The position numbers were made by a program, and so were the translations under genes. Source: the human T2T-CHM13v2.0 reference genome, Homo sapiens. From it: a DNA stretch of 64,000 nt. The DNA lies in assembly GCF_009914755.1 (NCBI RefSeq), contig NC_060945.1; one strand, given 5' to 3'. Positions 15,001 through 30,000 of the stretch are shown in pieces; the stretch's first letter is position 1; each line of letters starts with the position of its first letter. A model generated the notes under the pieces. The model was given only the letters and a program-made list of their open reading frames with translations, made no database searches and was not told the DNA's origin.

Positions 15001-18000
15001 CTCCCCGCAACTCCACTCCAGTCCATTCAATTCCATTCCTTGCCATTCCATTCCATTCCACTCCACTCCACTCCACTTCATTCCACTCTATTCCACTCTA
15101 TTCCATTCCATTCCATTCCATTCCACTCTTTTCCATTCCATTCCATTCCATTCCATTCCATTCCATTCCATTCCATTTCATTCCATTCCATAGCATTCTT
15201 TCCACTCCATTCCACTCCACTCTGTTCAATTACATTTCTTCCCATTCCATTGCATTCCACTCCATTCCAATCCACCCCACTCCACTCCAATCAATTCCAA
15301 TCCATTCCACTCCATTCCATTCCATCCCCTTCCACTCCATTCCACTCCACTCCAGTACAGTGCATTCCATTTCATTTCATTCCATTTCATTCAATTCAAT
15401 TCCACTCCATTTCATTCCATACCTTTCAATTCCATTTCAATATATTCCTCTCCACTCCACTCCATTCCATTCTGTTCCTTTGCATTCCACTTACCTGGTC
15501 TCCATTCCCATCCATTCAATTCCATTCCACCCCATTCCTTGCCACTACTTTCCACTCCCTCCACTTGTTTCCATTTGATTCCATTCGAAGCCATTCCATG
15601 CAACTCCTCTTTTCAGTTGATCCATTCGATGCCATTCGTTGCCATTCCATTTGATTCCATTTCACTCAAATCAATTCCATTTGATTCCATTCCATTCGAT
15701 TCCATTTCATACGAGTCTGTTCCATTCGGGGACATTCCATTCAAGTCCATTCCATTCGAGTGCATTCCTTTCTAGTCCATTCCATTCCTGTACATAACAT
15801 TCGAGTAAATTTCATTCCATTCCATTCCATTCCATTCCACTCCATCCCAATCCATTCTATTCCATTCCATTGCATTCCACCGCATTCCACTCCATTCCAC
15901 TGCATTCCACTCCACTCCATTCAATTCCATTCAATACAATTCTGTTTCATTTCACTCCATTCCCCTCCACGCCACTACATTCTATTCCATTCCACTCCAC
16001 TCCACTACATTTCACTTCATTCCATTCCACTCCACTCCACTCCACTCCACAACTCTCCACTCCACTCCATTCCAATCAATTCCACTATTTCTACCTCATT
16101 CCATTTAACTCCACTCCATCCCATTCCATTCCAATCCACTGGATTCCATTCTTTGCATATTACTCCATTCCACTGCACTCAACTCAACTCGGTTCAATTC
16201 TATTCCTTACCATTCCATTCTATTCAAATCCATTCGACACCACTCCCCTCTACTGCATTCAATTGCATTCCACGCCATTCTATTCCAATCCATTCCACTC
16301 GACTCCACTCCACCTCATCGAAGTCCACTGTATTCCCTTTCATGCCATTCTATTCCATTCAATTCGACTCCATTCCATTCTATTCCATTCCATTCTAGTC
16401 CATTCCATGCGAGTCCCTTCTATTATATTCCATTCCATTCGAGTCCATTACATGCGAGTTCATTCCTTTCGAGTCCATTCAATTCAAATCCATTCCATTC
16501 AAGTCCATTCTATTCCAGTCTATTCCATTCCAGTCCACTCCCTTCGAGTGCCTTCCATCGAGTCCATTACATTCGTGTCCATTCCTTTCCAGAACATTAC
16601 ATTCCAGTCCATTACATTCGAATCCATTCCATTCCATTCCTTTCAAATCCATTCCATTCCATTCTATTCCATTGCATAATATTCCACTCCACACCACTCC
16701 ACTCCACTCCATTCCATTCCATTGCTTTCTACTCCTCTCCATTCCACTCCAGTCCATTCAATTCCACTCCTTCCAATTCCATTCCATTCCAATCCATTCC
16801 AACCCACTCCAATCCACTCCACTCCTTTCAATTCCATTCCACCTCTTTCCATTCCACTGCATTTCACTCCACCCCACTCCACTTTGCCGTGTTCTATTTG
16901 ATTGCATTTGATGCCATTTGATTCCCTTCCATTCGATTCCTTCCATTCCATTCAATACAATTCAATTCCATTCCATTCGATTCCTTTCAATTGCATTCCA
17001 TTCCATTCCCTTCCATTCCATTCCATTCCGCTCCACTCCATACCACTCTGCTGCATTCCATTAAATTCGACTCAATTCCACACCATTTAATTCCATTCCA
17101 TTAAATTCCAGTCCATTCCTCTCCACTACAATACATTTTACTCCACTCCACTCCATTCCATTCCATTCCTTTGCATTCCACTCCATTCCACTCCACTCCA
17201 TTCAATTCCACTCCTTCTCATTCCATTCCATTCCAATCCATTCCATCCACTCCATTCAATTCCATTCCACTCCACTTCACTCCTATCCACTCCATTCCAC
17301 TCCACTCCGCTCCACTCCTCTCCATTCCACTCCACTCTCTCCACTTCTCTCCACTGCATTCCATTCCCTTCCATTCCTTACCACCCCATTCCACTCCACT
17401 CCTTTCCATTCCATTCCATTCCACTCCACTCCATTCCATTCCATTCCACTCCACTCCATTCCATTCCTTTGCATTCCACTCCACTCCGGTACACTCATCT
17501 CCACTCAGTACAATCGCATTCCTTAGCATTTCATTCTATTGAACTCCATTCTACTCCACTCCACTCCTTTCCACTGCATTCAATTCCTTTCCACCCCATT
17601 CCATTGCACACCATTTCATTCCAATTCACCGCATTCCACTGGATTCCATTCGATGCTATCCTTTTCCATTCCATTTGATTCCATGCCATTCGATTCTATT
17701 CCTTTCGAGTCCATTCCTTGCAAGTCCATTCCATTCAATTCCATTCCTTTTGAGTCCGTTCCATTCGAGTTCATTCCTTTCTAGTCCATTCCATTCTGAT
17801 CCATTCCATTAGAGTCAATTCCATTCCAGTCCATTCCATTCCATTCCATACGAATTCATTCCGTTCTAGTAAATTCCATTTGAGTCCATTCCATTCCAGT
17901 CCATTCCTTTCAAATCCATTCCATTCGAATCCATTCCATTCCATTCCATTGCATTCCACTGCACTCCACTCCATTCCATTGCATTCCACTTCACTCCATT

Positions 18001-21000
18001 CCACCCCAGTCCATTCAATTCCATTCCTTCCCATTCCTTTGCAATCCATTCCACTCCACTCCACTCCATTCAATTCCATTTCTTCCAATTACATTCCATT
18101 CCATTCCACTCCACTCCACTCCATTCAATTCTATTCCACCCTATTCCATTCCACTGCATTTCAATCCACTCCACTCAACTTCACCGCATTACATTCGATT
18201 CCATTTCATGCCATTTGATTCCATTCCATTCGATGCCATTCCATTCGATTCCATACAATTCGATTCCTTTCCTTTCGATTCTGTTACATTGCATTCCATT
18301 CCATTTCATTCCATTCCATTCGAATCCATTCTATTCCATTCCATTCCATTCCATGCGAGTCCTTTCCATTCGAGTCCCTTCCTTTCCAATCCCTTCCATT
18401 CCATTCCATTCCACTCCATTACACTTCACTCCATTCCAATCCACTGCATTTCATTCCATTCGATTCAATTCCACTCCATTGCATTCCATTCCTTTCCATT
18501 CCATTCCATTCCCCTCCATTCCTCTCCAATCCACTACACTTTACTCCATTCCACTACTTTGCATTCCATTCAATTCCTTTACTTTCCACTCCACTCCTCT
18601 CCATTCAGTTCCATTCTTTCCCTTTCCATTCCACTCCATTACTCTCCACTCCAGTCCACTCCATTCCATTCATTTGCATTCCACCCCGTTCCAATCCACT
18701 CCATTCCACTGTACTCCAATCCACTCCACTTCACCGCATTCCATTCGATTCTATTCGATGCCATTTGATTCCATTCCTTTCGAGTCCATTCCATTCAGTT
18801 TCATTCAATTCGATTCTATGCCACTCGATTCCATTCCGTTTGAGTCCATTCCATTCCAGTCCATTCCATTCGAGTCCATTCCATTCCATTCCATTCCATT
18901 CCATTCCATTCCATTCCACTCCACTCCATTCCATTTCAATCCATTCCTCTCCACTGCACTGTACTCCACTCCATTCCTTTCCACCCCATTCGATTCCACT
19001 CCTCTCTATTCCATTCCATTCCATTCCACTCCATTCCATTCCTTTGCATTCCACCCCACTGCATGCCACTCAACTCCATTCGGTTCAATTCCATTCATTC
19101 CAATTCCATTCTATTGAACTCCATTCCACTCCACTCCACTCCACTGCATTCAATTCCTTTCCACCCCATTCCATTCCTATCCATTCCACTCCATTTCACT
19201 CCACTTCACAGCATGCCTCTGGATTCCATTCGAAGCAATTCTAATCCCTTCCATTCGATTCCACTTCATTCGATTCCATTCCTTTCGATTCCATTCCATG
19301 TGAGTCCATTCCATTCGATTCCATTCCATTCAAGAGCATTCCATTCCAGTTCATTCTTTTTGAGTGCATTCCATTCCAATCCATTCCATTCGATTCCATT
19401 CTTTTTGAGTGCATTCCATTCCAATCCATTCCATTCGAGTACATTCTATTCCAGTCCATTCCATTCTTTCCATTCAATAGGAGTGTTTTCCATTCTATTA
19501 AATTCCATTTGAGTCCATTCCATTCCAGTCCATTCAATTCCAGTCCATTCCATTCGAATCCCTTCCATTCCATTCCGTTCCATTGCATTCCACTTCACTC
19601 CATTCAACTACAGTCCATTCAATTCCATTCCTTCCCATTCCATTCCAATCCATTCCACTCCACTCCACTTCATTCAATTCCATTCCAGCCCATTCCATTC
19701 CACTGCATTTCACTCCACTTCAATCCATGTCACAGCATTCCATTCGATTCCATTTGATGCCATTTGATTCCATTCCATTTGATTCCATTCCATTCAATTC
19801 CATACAGTTCAAGTGATTTCCTATAAATTCCTTTCCATTCCATTCGAGTCCATTCCATTCCATTCAATTGCATTCCATTGCATTCCATTCCAATCCACTC
19901 CACTCCTCTCCATTCCACTACATTTTAATCCTCTCCACTCCACTCCATTCCATTCCATTCCATTCATTTGCATTCCACTCCACTCCACTACACTCCATTC
20001 AATTCCATTCCTTCCCATTTCATTCAATTCGACTCCATTCCACTCCACTCCACTGCACTCTATTCAGTTGCATTCCAACCCATTCCATTCCACTCCTTTC
20101 CACTCCACTCCACTTCATCACATTCCGTTCGATTCCATTCAATGCCATTCAGTTCCATTCTTTTAGAATCCACTACATTCAATTACATTCCATTCGATTC
20201 CATTCCATTCATGTCCATTCCATTCGTGTCCATTCCATTACAGTCCATTACATTCCTTTCCATTCCATTCCACATCACTCCACTCCACTCCTCTCCATTC
20301 AATTCCATTCCATTGCATTCCACTCCGCTCCAGTCCTCTCCAATCCGTTCAATTCCATTCCATTCCATTCCACTCCGCTCCAGTCCTCTCCAATCCGTTC
20401 AATTCCAATCCATTCCATTCTATTCCATTCCACTACATTCCACTCCCATCCACTCCATTCCATTCCATTCCACTCCACTCCATTCAATTTCATTCCATTC
20501 CTCTCTACTTCACTCCATTCTAATCCACTCCACTCCACTCCTCTCCTCCCCACTCAGTTAAATTACATTCCTTTCCACCCCATTCCATTCCACTCCATTC
20601 CATTCCTTTCCATTCCATTCCATTCCATTACATTACATTCCCTTCCACTCCATTCCATGGCATTCCACTCCATTCCATTCCATTACATTCCATTCAATTC
20701 CATTCCACTCGACTCCATTCCATTCCATTCCTCTTCACTCCACTCAGCTCCACTCCACTCCATTTCACTCCAACCCAATCCACTACACTACACTCAACTG
20801 CAATCTATATCATGCCATTCCATTCCATTGCATTCCTATCCACTCCACTCCACTCCCCTCCATTCTATTCCATTCCACCCAATTCCATTCCACTCCATTC
20901 CACTTCACCGCATTCCATTTGATTCCATTCGATGCGATTCGATTCCATTCCATTCGATTCCGTTTCACTCAATTCAATTCCATTCAATTCCATTCCATCC

Positions 21001-24000
21001 GATTCAATTCCATTCGAGACCATTCCATTGAAATCCATTCCGTTCGAGTCTGTTCCATTTGACTTCATTCCGTTCCACTCCATTCCATTCCAGTCCATTC
21101 GATTTTAGTCGATTCCATTCTGTTCCATTGCATTCCATTACAATCCATTCCATTCGTTTCCATTCCATTTGATTCCTTTCCATTCTAGTCCATTCCATTC
21201 CAGGTCATTATATTCCAGTACTTTCCAATTCACTCCACTCCACTCCGTTCTATTCCATTCCTTCTGATTCCATTCCTTTCCACTTCATTCCACTCCATTA
21301 CACCCCACTCCACTCCACTTCTCCTCATTCCATTTGATTCTTTTCGGTGCCATTCAAGTCCATTCCATTCGATTCCATTCCATTCCAGTCCATTCCATTC
21401 CAGTCCATTCCATTTGATTCCATTCGATTTGATTCCATTACCTTCGATTTTGTTCAATTCGATTCCATTCCATTCCAGTCCATTCCACTGCAGTGCATTC
21501 CATTCGATTTCATTCCATTCAATTCCATTACCTTCTATTTCATTCAGTTCGATTCCATTCCATTCCACTGCATTCCATTCCATTCCATTCCATTTGAGTC
21601 CATTCCACTCCATTCCATTCCTTTCCATTTCATTTGATTACATTCTTTTCGAGTAAATTCCATTCGATTCCATTCTAATTGTTTCCACTCCATTCCATTC
21701 TATTCCATTCCATTCCATTCCATTCCTTTCAAGTCCATTCCATTCCATTCCATTCCTTTCAATGCCATTCCATTCCAATCCACTCCATTCCACAGCACTC
21801 CATACCATTACATTCAATTCCACTCCATTCCATTTAGTTCCATTCCATACCGTTCTATTTCTTTCCATTCCACTCAACTCCATTTCAATCCTCTCCTTTC
21901 AATTCCATTCCTTCCCCTTCCATTCGTTTCCAATCCATTGCACTCCACTCCACTCCAATCCATTCAATTCCATTCCACCCCATTCGATTCCAATCCATTC
22001 CACTCTACTCCACTCCACTTCAACGCATTCCATTCTATTTCTTTCAATACCATTCCATTCAATTCTATTCCACTCGATGGCATTCAATTCCATTCCATTC
22101 TGTTCCATTCCATTCCATTTGACTCCATTCTATTCGATTCCTTTCCATTCGATTTCAATCCATTCCATTCCACTCCATTCCATTCCATTCCAATCCATTC
22201 CATTCCTTTCCATTCCCTTCCACTCCATTCTGTTCCATTCCATTCCATTTCATTTCATTCCATTCCATTCGACTGCATTCCATTCCGTTAGATTCCATTC
22301 CATTCCCTTCCATTCCATTCATTTCTATTCCACTCCGTTCCATTCCATTCCATTCCACTCCCTTCCATTTCATTCCATTCGATTCTATTCCATTCAGTTC
22401 CATTCCATTCAAATCCATTCCATTCGAGTCCATTCCATTCCAGTCCATTCTGTTCCATTCCATTCCATTCCATTCCATTCCATTGCATTCAATTCCAATC
22501 CTTTCCATTCCATTCCATTCCATGCCATTCGTTTCCATTGCATTCCATTCCATTCCATTCCAATCCATTTGATTCCATTTTTTTCAAGTCCATTTCATTG
22601 GAGTACATTCCATTCCATGCCTTTCCATTTCAGTCCACTCCTCTACTATCCATTCCATCTCACTCCACTCCATTCCATTCCACTTCTTTCCTCTATATTT
22701 CACTCCGTTCCTTTCCATTCCATTCCATTCCACTCCATTCCATTCCATTCCAATCCATTCCATGGCATTCCATTCAACTCCACCCCTCTAAACTCCACTA
22801 CATTCAATTCCATTCCACCCCATTCCATTCCACTCCATTCCATTCCTCTCAATTCCACTCTGCTGCACCCCATTCCACTCAACTCCACTGCATTCCATTG
22901 CCTTATATTCCACTCCATTCCATTGCATTCCACTCCACTCCACTCCTTTCCATTCCATTCCATTCCACTCCACTCCTTTCCACTCCACTCCTCTCCATTC
23001 AATTCCAGTTCTTCCCTTTCCATTCCATTCCACTCCACTCCAGTCTACTCCTATCCATTCCATTCCATTCCTCCCCATTCCATTCCACTCCATTCCACTT
23101 CACTCCACTCCATTTCAGCAAATTCTATACGATTCCAGTTGATGCCATTGAATTCCATTCCATTTGTTTCCATTCCATTTTGTTCCATTTCATTTGATTC
23201 CATTCCATTAGATTCCATTCCATTTTATTCTGTTCCTTTGATTGCATTCCAGTTGATTCAATTCCATTGGAGTCTATTCCATTCGAGTTCATTCCATTCC
23301 AGTTCATTCCTTTCGGGTCCATTCCATTCGAGTCATTGCTTTCCATTACATTCCCTTCCCTTCCATTCGATTTCATTCCACTCCACTCCATTCCACTCCA
23401 TTCCACAGCACTCCAATTCCACTCAATTACCCTCCATTCCAGTCCGTTCCATTCCATACCATTCCATATCATTCCATTATACTAATCTCCAATCCACTCC
23501 ACTCTGTTCAATTCCATTCTTTACCCTTCCTTTCCTTTCTACTCCATTCCACTCCTCTCCACTCCACGCCAATCCATTCAATTCCATTCCACTCCATTCC
23601 ATTCCAATCCAATCCATTCTACTCTTCTCCAGTTTACTTCACTTCATTCCATTCTATTCCTTTTGATACCATTCGATTCCGTTCGATTCCAGTCAATGCC
23701 CTTTGATTCCATTCCATTTGATTCCATTCCATTCTACTCCTTTCCATTCCATTACATTCCATTCGATTCCATTACATTGAAGTACATTCCATTCCAGTCC
23801 ATTCCATTCCATTCAATTTCATTCCAGTCCATTCCATTCCAGTGCATTCCATTCAAGTCCATTTCATTCGAGTCCATTCCATTCCATTCCATTCCATTCC
23901 ATTCCATTCCGTTCGATTTCATTCCATTTGTGTCCATTCCATTCGACTCCATCCGATTACATTCCATTCCCTTCCATTCCATTCCATTCCATTCCACTCC

Positions 24001-27000
24001 ACTCCACTCCATTCTATTCCATTCCACTCCACTCCGTTCAATTTCTCTCAATTCAACTCCATTACATTTCATTCCATTTCATTCCTTTACACTGTATTCC
24101 ATTCCAGTCCACTCCACTGCACTACACTCCGTTCAATTCCATTCCTAACCATTCCAATCGATTTCACTCCAATCCACTCCATTCCACTCCATTCAATTCC
24201 ATTTCACAACATTCCATTCCACAGCATTCCATTCCACTCCATTCCACTGCATTCCTATTTATGGCACTCCATTCGATTCCATTTGATGTCACTCGTTTCC
24301 ATTCCATTCGATTCAATTCCTTTTGAGTCTATTCCTTTCCATTCCATTTCCATTTGATTCCATTCCATTCAAGTCCATTCTATGCCAGTTAATTCCATTC
24401 CAGTCCTTTCCATTCTACTCCATTCCATTGGATTCCATTCCATTATACTCTATTCCTTTCAATTCCATCCATTTGATTCCCTTCCATTCTACTCAATTCC
24501 ATTCGATTCCACTGCATTCGAGTCCATTCCAATGGAGTCCCTTCCATTCCTGTCCATTCCTCTCCAGTCCATTCCATTCGAGTCCATTCCATTCCATTCC
24601 ATTCCATTTGAGTCCGGTTAATTCCATGCCATTCCACTTTTGTCCACTCCTCTCCATTCCACTCCATTCCATTACATTCCACTCCCTTCTATTCAATTCA
24701 ACTCCATTCAATTCAACTCCATTCCAATCCGTTCCAATTCATTCCATTCCATTCCACTCTATTCCATTCTATTCTGTTGGATTTCATTCCATTCTATTCT
24801 ATTCCATTCCATTCTATGTAATTGCATTCCATTTGAGTTCATTCCATTCCAGTCCATTCTATTCGAGTCCTTTCCATTCCATTCCATTCCATTTCATTCC
24901 ATTCCATTGCATTCGATTGTAATCCATTCCTTTCCAATCCTTTCCATTCCATTCCATTCGATTCCATTGCATTCCATTCGAATTCAATCCATTCCATTCA
25001 ATTCCATTGCATTCGATTCCGTTGCATTCCATTCCATTTCATTCCATTCATGTCCATTCCATTCCATTCCGTTCCATTCCATTCCCTTCCATTTTATTTG
25101 AATCCATTCCATTTGATTCCATTCCATTCCATTTCAATCTAATCCGCTCCCCTCCAACCCATCTCACTCCACTCAATTCAATTCCACTCCTTTCCACTAT
25201 ATTTTACTCCATTCCTTTCCATTAAATTCCATTCCATTCCATTGCATTCAATTGGATTCCCTTGAACTCCACTCCACTCCACTCCATTCATTTCCATTTC
25301 TTACCATTCCATTCCTTTCCACTCCATTTCACTCCACACTACTCCTGTCCATTCAATTCCATTCCACCCCATTCCATTCCACTCCATTCCTCTGCACTCC
25401 ACACCACTTCACCACATTTCATTCAACTCCAATTGATGTCTTTCGATTCCATTCCATTCGATTCCATTCCGTTTTGTTCTAGTCCATTCGATTCCATTCC
25501 ATTCTATTCAATTCCATTTGATTTAGTTCCATTCGATGGCATTCCATTTCATTCCATTCCATTCGTGTCTATTCCCTTTGAGTCCATTCCATTCCGGTCC
25601 ATTCCATTCAGGTCTATTCCATTCCATTCCATTCCATTCCTTTCCATTCCATTCCATTCCATTCACTTCCATTCCATTCCATTCCATTCACTTCCATTCC
25701 ATTCCAATCCACTCCATTCCACTCCATTCCACGGCAATCCATATCGTTACACTCAATTCCACTCCATTCCAGTCAGTTCTATTCCATACCATTCTATTTA
25801 TTTCCATTCCACTCAACTCCAATCCACTCAACTCTGTTCAATTCCATTCCTTCCCCTTCCATTCCTTTCCACTCCATTGCACTCCACTACACTCCAATCC
25901 ATTCAATTCCATGAGTCCATTTCATTCAAGTCCATTCCATTCGAGTCCATTCCATTCCCTTCCATTCCATTTCATTTCATTCCATTTGATTTCATTCAAT
26001 TTGTGTCCATTCCAACCGAGTCCATTCCATTCCATTCCATTCCGTTCCGTTCCATTCCATTCCACTCCACTCCACTCCATTCCATTCCTTTCCACTCCAC
26101 TGCATTCCATTCCAATCAATGCCTCTCCATTCCCTTTCTTTCACTTCCATCCCATTCCAAGTCATTCCATTCCAATCCACTCGACTGCATTCCATTCCAT
26201 TCATTTCCATTCCTAAGCATTCCATTCGATTTCACTCCATTCCACTCCACCCCACTCCACTCCGTTCAATTCCATTTCACAACATACAATTCCACTCCAT
26301 TCAAGTCCACTCCAATTCAGCCTGCTCCATTCGATTCCATTTGATACCATTTGATTCCATTCCATTTGATTCTATTCCTTATGATTCCATTCCATTCGAT
26401 TCCATTCCATTCAAGTCCATTCCATTGCAGTTCATTCCATTCCAGTCCATTCAATTCGATTCCATTCCATTCGATTCCATTGCGTTCTAATCCATTCTGT
26501 TGGACTCCATTCCTTTCAATTCCATTCAATTAGATTCCACTCCATTCGAGTCCATTCCATTCCTGTCCATTCCAGTCCAGCCCATTCCATTCCATTTGAG
26601 TGCAGTTCATTCCATTCTATTCCACTCCATTCCATTACATGCCATTCCACTCCAGTCCACTCCAATCCACTCCACTCCATTCCACTCCATTCCTTTCAAC
26701 TCTATTCAATTCCACTCCATTACAATCCGTTCCACTCCATTCCATTCCACTCCTTTCTATTCCATTCCATTCCATTCCATTCCATTCCATTTGATTCCTT
26801 TCCATTCCATTCCATTCCATTCGAGTCCATGCCAGTCGATTCCATTCCATTCCAATCCATTCCATTCAATTCCATTCCATTCCCGTCCATTCCATTAGAG
26901 TCCATTCCATTGCATTGCGTTCCATTCCATTCCATTGTGTTGCATTCCATTCCATTCAATTCAATTCAAGTCCATTCCATTCCATTGCTTTCCATTCCAT

Positions 27001-30000
27001 TCCACTCGATATCATTCCCTTTGATTCGATTCCATTTCATTCCACTCGATTACATTCAATTCGATTCTATTCCATTTGTTTCCATCAAATTCTATTCCAT
27101 TCCATTCGATTACATTGCAATCATTGCCATTTCATTCGATTCCATTCTATTCAGTTCCATTCCATTCATGTTCATTCCATTAGAGTCCATGTCTTTCGAG
27201 TCCATTTCATTCTCGTCCATTCCATTCCAGTCCATTCAATTCGCGTCCATTCCATTCGAGTCCATTCCATTCAATTCCGTTCCATTCCATTACATTCGAT
27301 TCCATTCCACTCCATTCCACTGCACTCCTTTCCATTCCATTCAATTCCACTTCATTCCATTCCATTCCACTCCACTCCACAGCATTCCACTCCCCTCCAC
27401 TCCATTTCCCTCCACTCCACTCCATTCCATTGCACTGCACTCATCTCTAGTACACTCCTTTCAATTCCATTCCTTCCCAATCTATTCCATTCTACTCCCT
27501 TCCACTCCTGTCCACTCCATGCAATTCCGTTGCACCCTATTCCATTCCAAACCATTCCACTCCCCTCCACTTCACGACATTCGGTTTGATACCATTTGAT
27601 GCCATTTGATTCCTTTCCATTTGATCCCATTCCATTGGATTCCATTCCCTTCAATACCACTCCACTCGAATATATTCCACTCGAGTCAATTCTGTTGCAG
27701 TCCATTGCATTCCATTCCATTTTATTTCATTCGATTCCATTCCATTCCATTGCATTCCATTGCATTCTATTCCATTCCATTGCATTCCATTCCATTCCAA
27801 TGCATTCCATTGCATTCTATTCCATTCCATTGCATTCCATTCCATTCCAATGCATTCCATTCCATTGCATTCCATTCCATTCCGTTGCATTCCTTTGCAT
27901 TCCTTTCAATTCCATTTGATTGCATTGCATTCCTTTCCATTCCATTTCATTACACTACATTGATTCCATTCCTTTCTATTCTATTCCATTCCATTCCAAT
28001 CCATTCCACTCCACTCAATTCCTTTCCATTCCATTTCACTCCATTCCATTCCATTCCATTTCACTCCACACCACTCCATTCCACTCCACCCCGCTCCATT
28101 CCATTACATTACATTGAACTACATTTCTCTGCAGTCCTCTCCATTCAATTCCATTCCTTCCAAATCTATTCCATTCCACTCCATTCAACTCCAGTCCACT
28201 CCATTCAATTGCACCCTGTTCTCTTCCACCCCATTCCACTCCCCTCCTCTTCATCACGTTCCATTCGATACCATTTGATGCCATTCGCTTCCTTTCCATT
28301 CGATTCCATTCCATTTGATTCCATTCCATTCGATACCACTCCATTCGAATGTATTCCACTCGAGTCACTTTCATTGGCGTCCATTGAATTCCATTCCATT
28401 TTATTTCGTTAGATTCATTTTCATTCTGTTGCATTCCATTCCATTCCATTCCATTTCAGTCCATTCCATTGCATTCCATTCCATTCCGTTGCATTCCATT
28501 GCATTCCATTCCATTCCATTCCATTGCATTCCATTGCATTCCATTCCATTCCGTTGCATTCCATTGCATTCCATTGCATTCCATTGCATTCCATTCCATT
28601 CCATTCGATTCCATTCCATTCCATTCCATTCCATTACATTCGAATCCATTCCATTCATTTCGATTCCATTCCATTCCATTCCATTCCATTCCATTCCAAT
28701 CCATTCCATTCATTTCGATTCCATTCCATTCCATTCCATTCCACTCCATTCAATTACATTCCATTCAATTCGATGTCATTCCATTCCATTCTATTCCATT
28801 CCACTCCATTCCACTCCACTGAATTCCATTCCATTCAATTCCACTCCATTCCATTCCATTCCCTTCCATTCCATTCCATTCCATTCCACTCCACACCACT
28901 CCATTCCACTCCACCCCACTCCATTCCATTCCATTCCATTGCACAACACTGCTCTCCAGTCCACTCTGTTCAATTCCATTCCTTCCCAATCTATTCCATT
29001 CCACTCCATTCAACTCCAGTCCACTCCATTCAATTCCATTGCACCCTATACCCTTCCACTCCATTCCACTCCACTCCACTTCACAACATTCCATTCTAAT
29101 ACACTCTATGCCATTCGATTACTTTCCATTTGATTCCATTCCATTGGATTCCATTCCATTCGATACCACTCCATTCAAATCCATTGCATTCGAGTCCATT
29201 CCATTGGAATCCATTGTTATTCCATTCCATTTTATTCCATTCTATTCCATTCCATTCCATTCCATTGCATTCCATTCCTTTGCATTCCATTTAATTGCAT
29301 TCCATTCAATTCCTTTCTATTCCATTTGATTCCATTCCATTCCATTCCACTCCATTAAATTCGATGTCATTCCATTCGACTCAATTCCATTACATTCCAT
29401 TACATTCCTCTCAATTACATTCAATTCGATTCCAATCCATTCGTTTCCATTCCATTTGTATCCATTCCATTCTATTACATTCCATTGGTTGCCATTCCAT
29501 TAGATTCCATTCTATTCGATTCCATTCCTTTCGATTCCATTCCATTTCAATCCACGTCATTCGATTCCATTTCATTCCCGTCCATTCCTTTCCAGTCCAC
29601 TACGTTCGAGTCTATTCCTTTCAAGTCCATTCCATTCCATTCGTTTCCATTCCAGTACATTCGATTCCAATCCACTCCATTCTACTCCACTTCATTCCAT
29701 TCCATTCCATTCCACTCTATTCCATGCCATTCCGCTCCATTCCATTCCATTCATTTCCACTCCACTCCATTCTCCTCCACTCCACTCCACCCCACTACAT
29801 TCCATTCCATTCCATTGCACTACACCCCTCTCCAGGCCACTCCATTGAATTCCATTCCTTCCCAATCTATTCCATTCTACTCCATTCCTCTCCAGTCCAC
29901 TCCACTCCATTCAATTTCATTGCACCCTATTCCATTCCACTGCATTCCACTCCAATCCAGTTCACCACATTGCATTCTATTCCTATCAATGCCATGCGAT

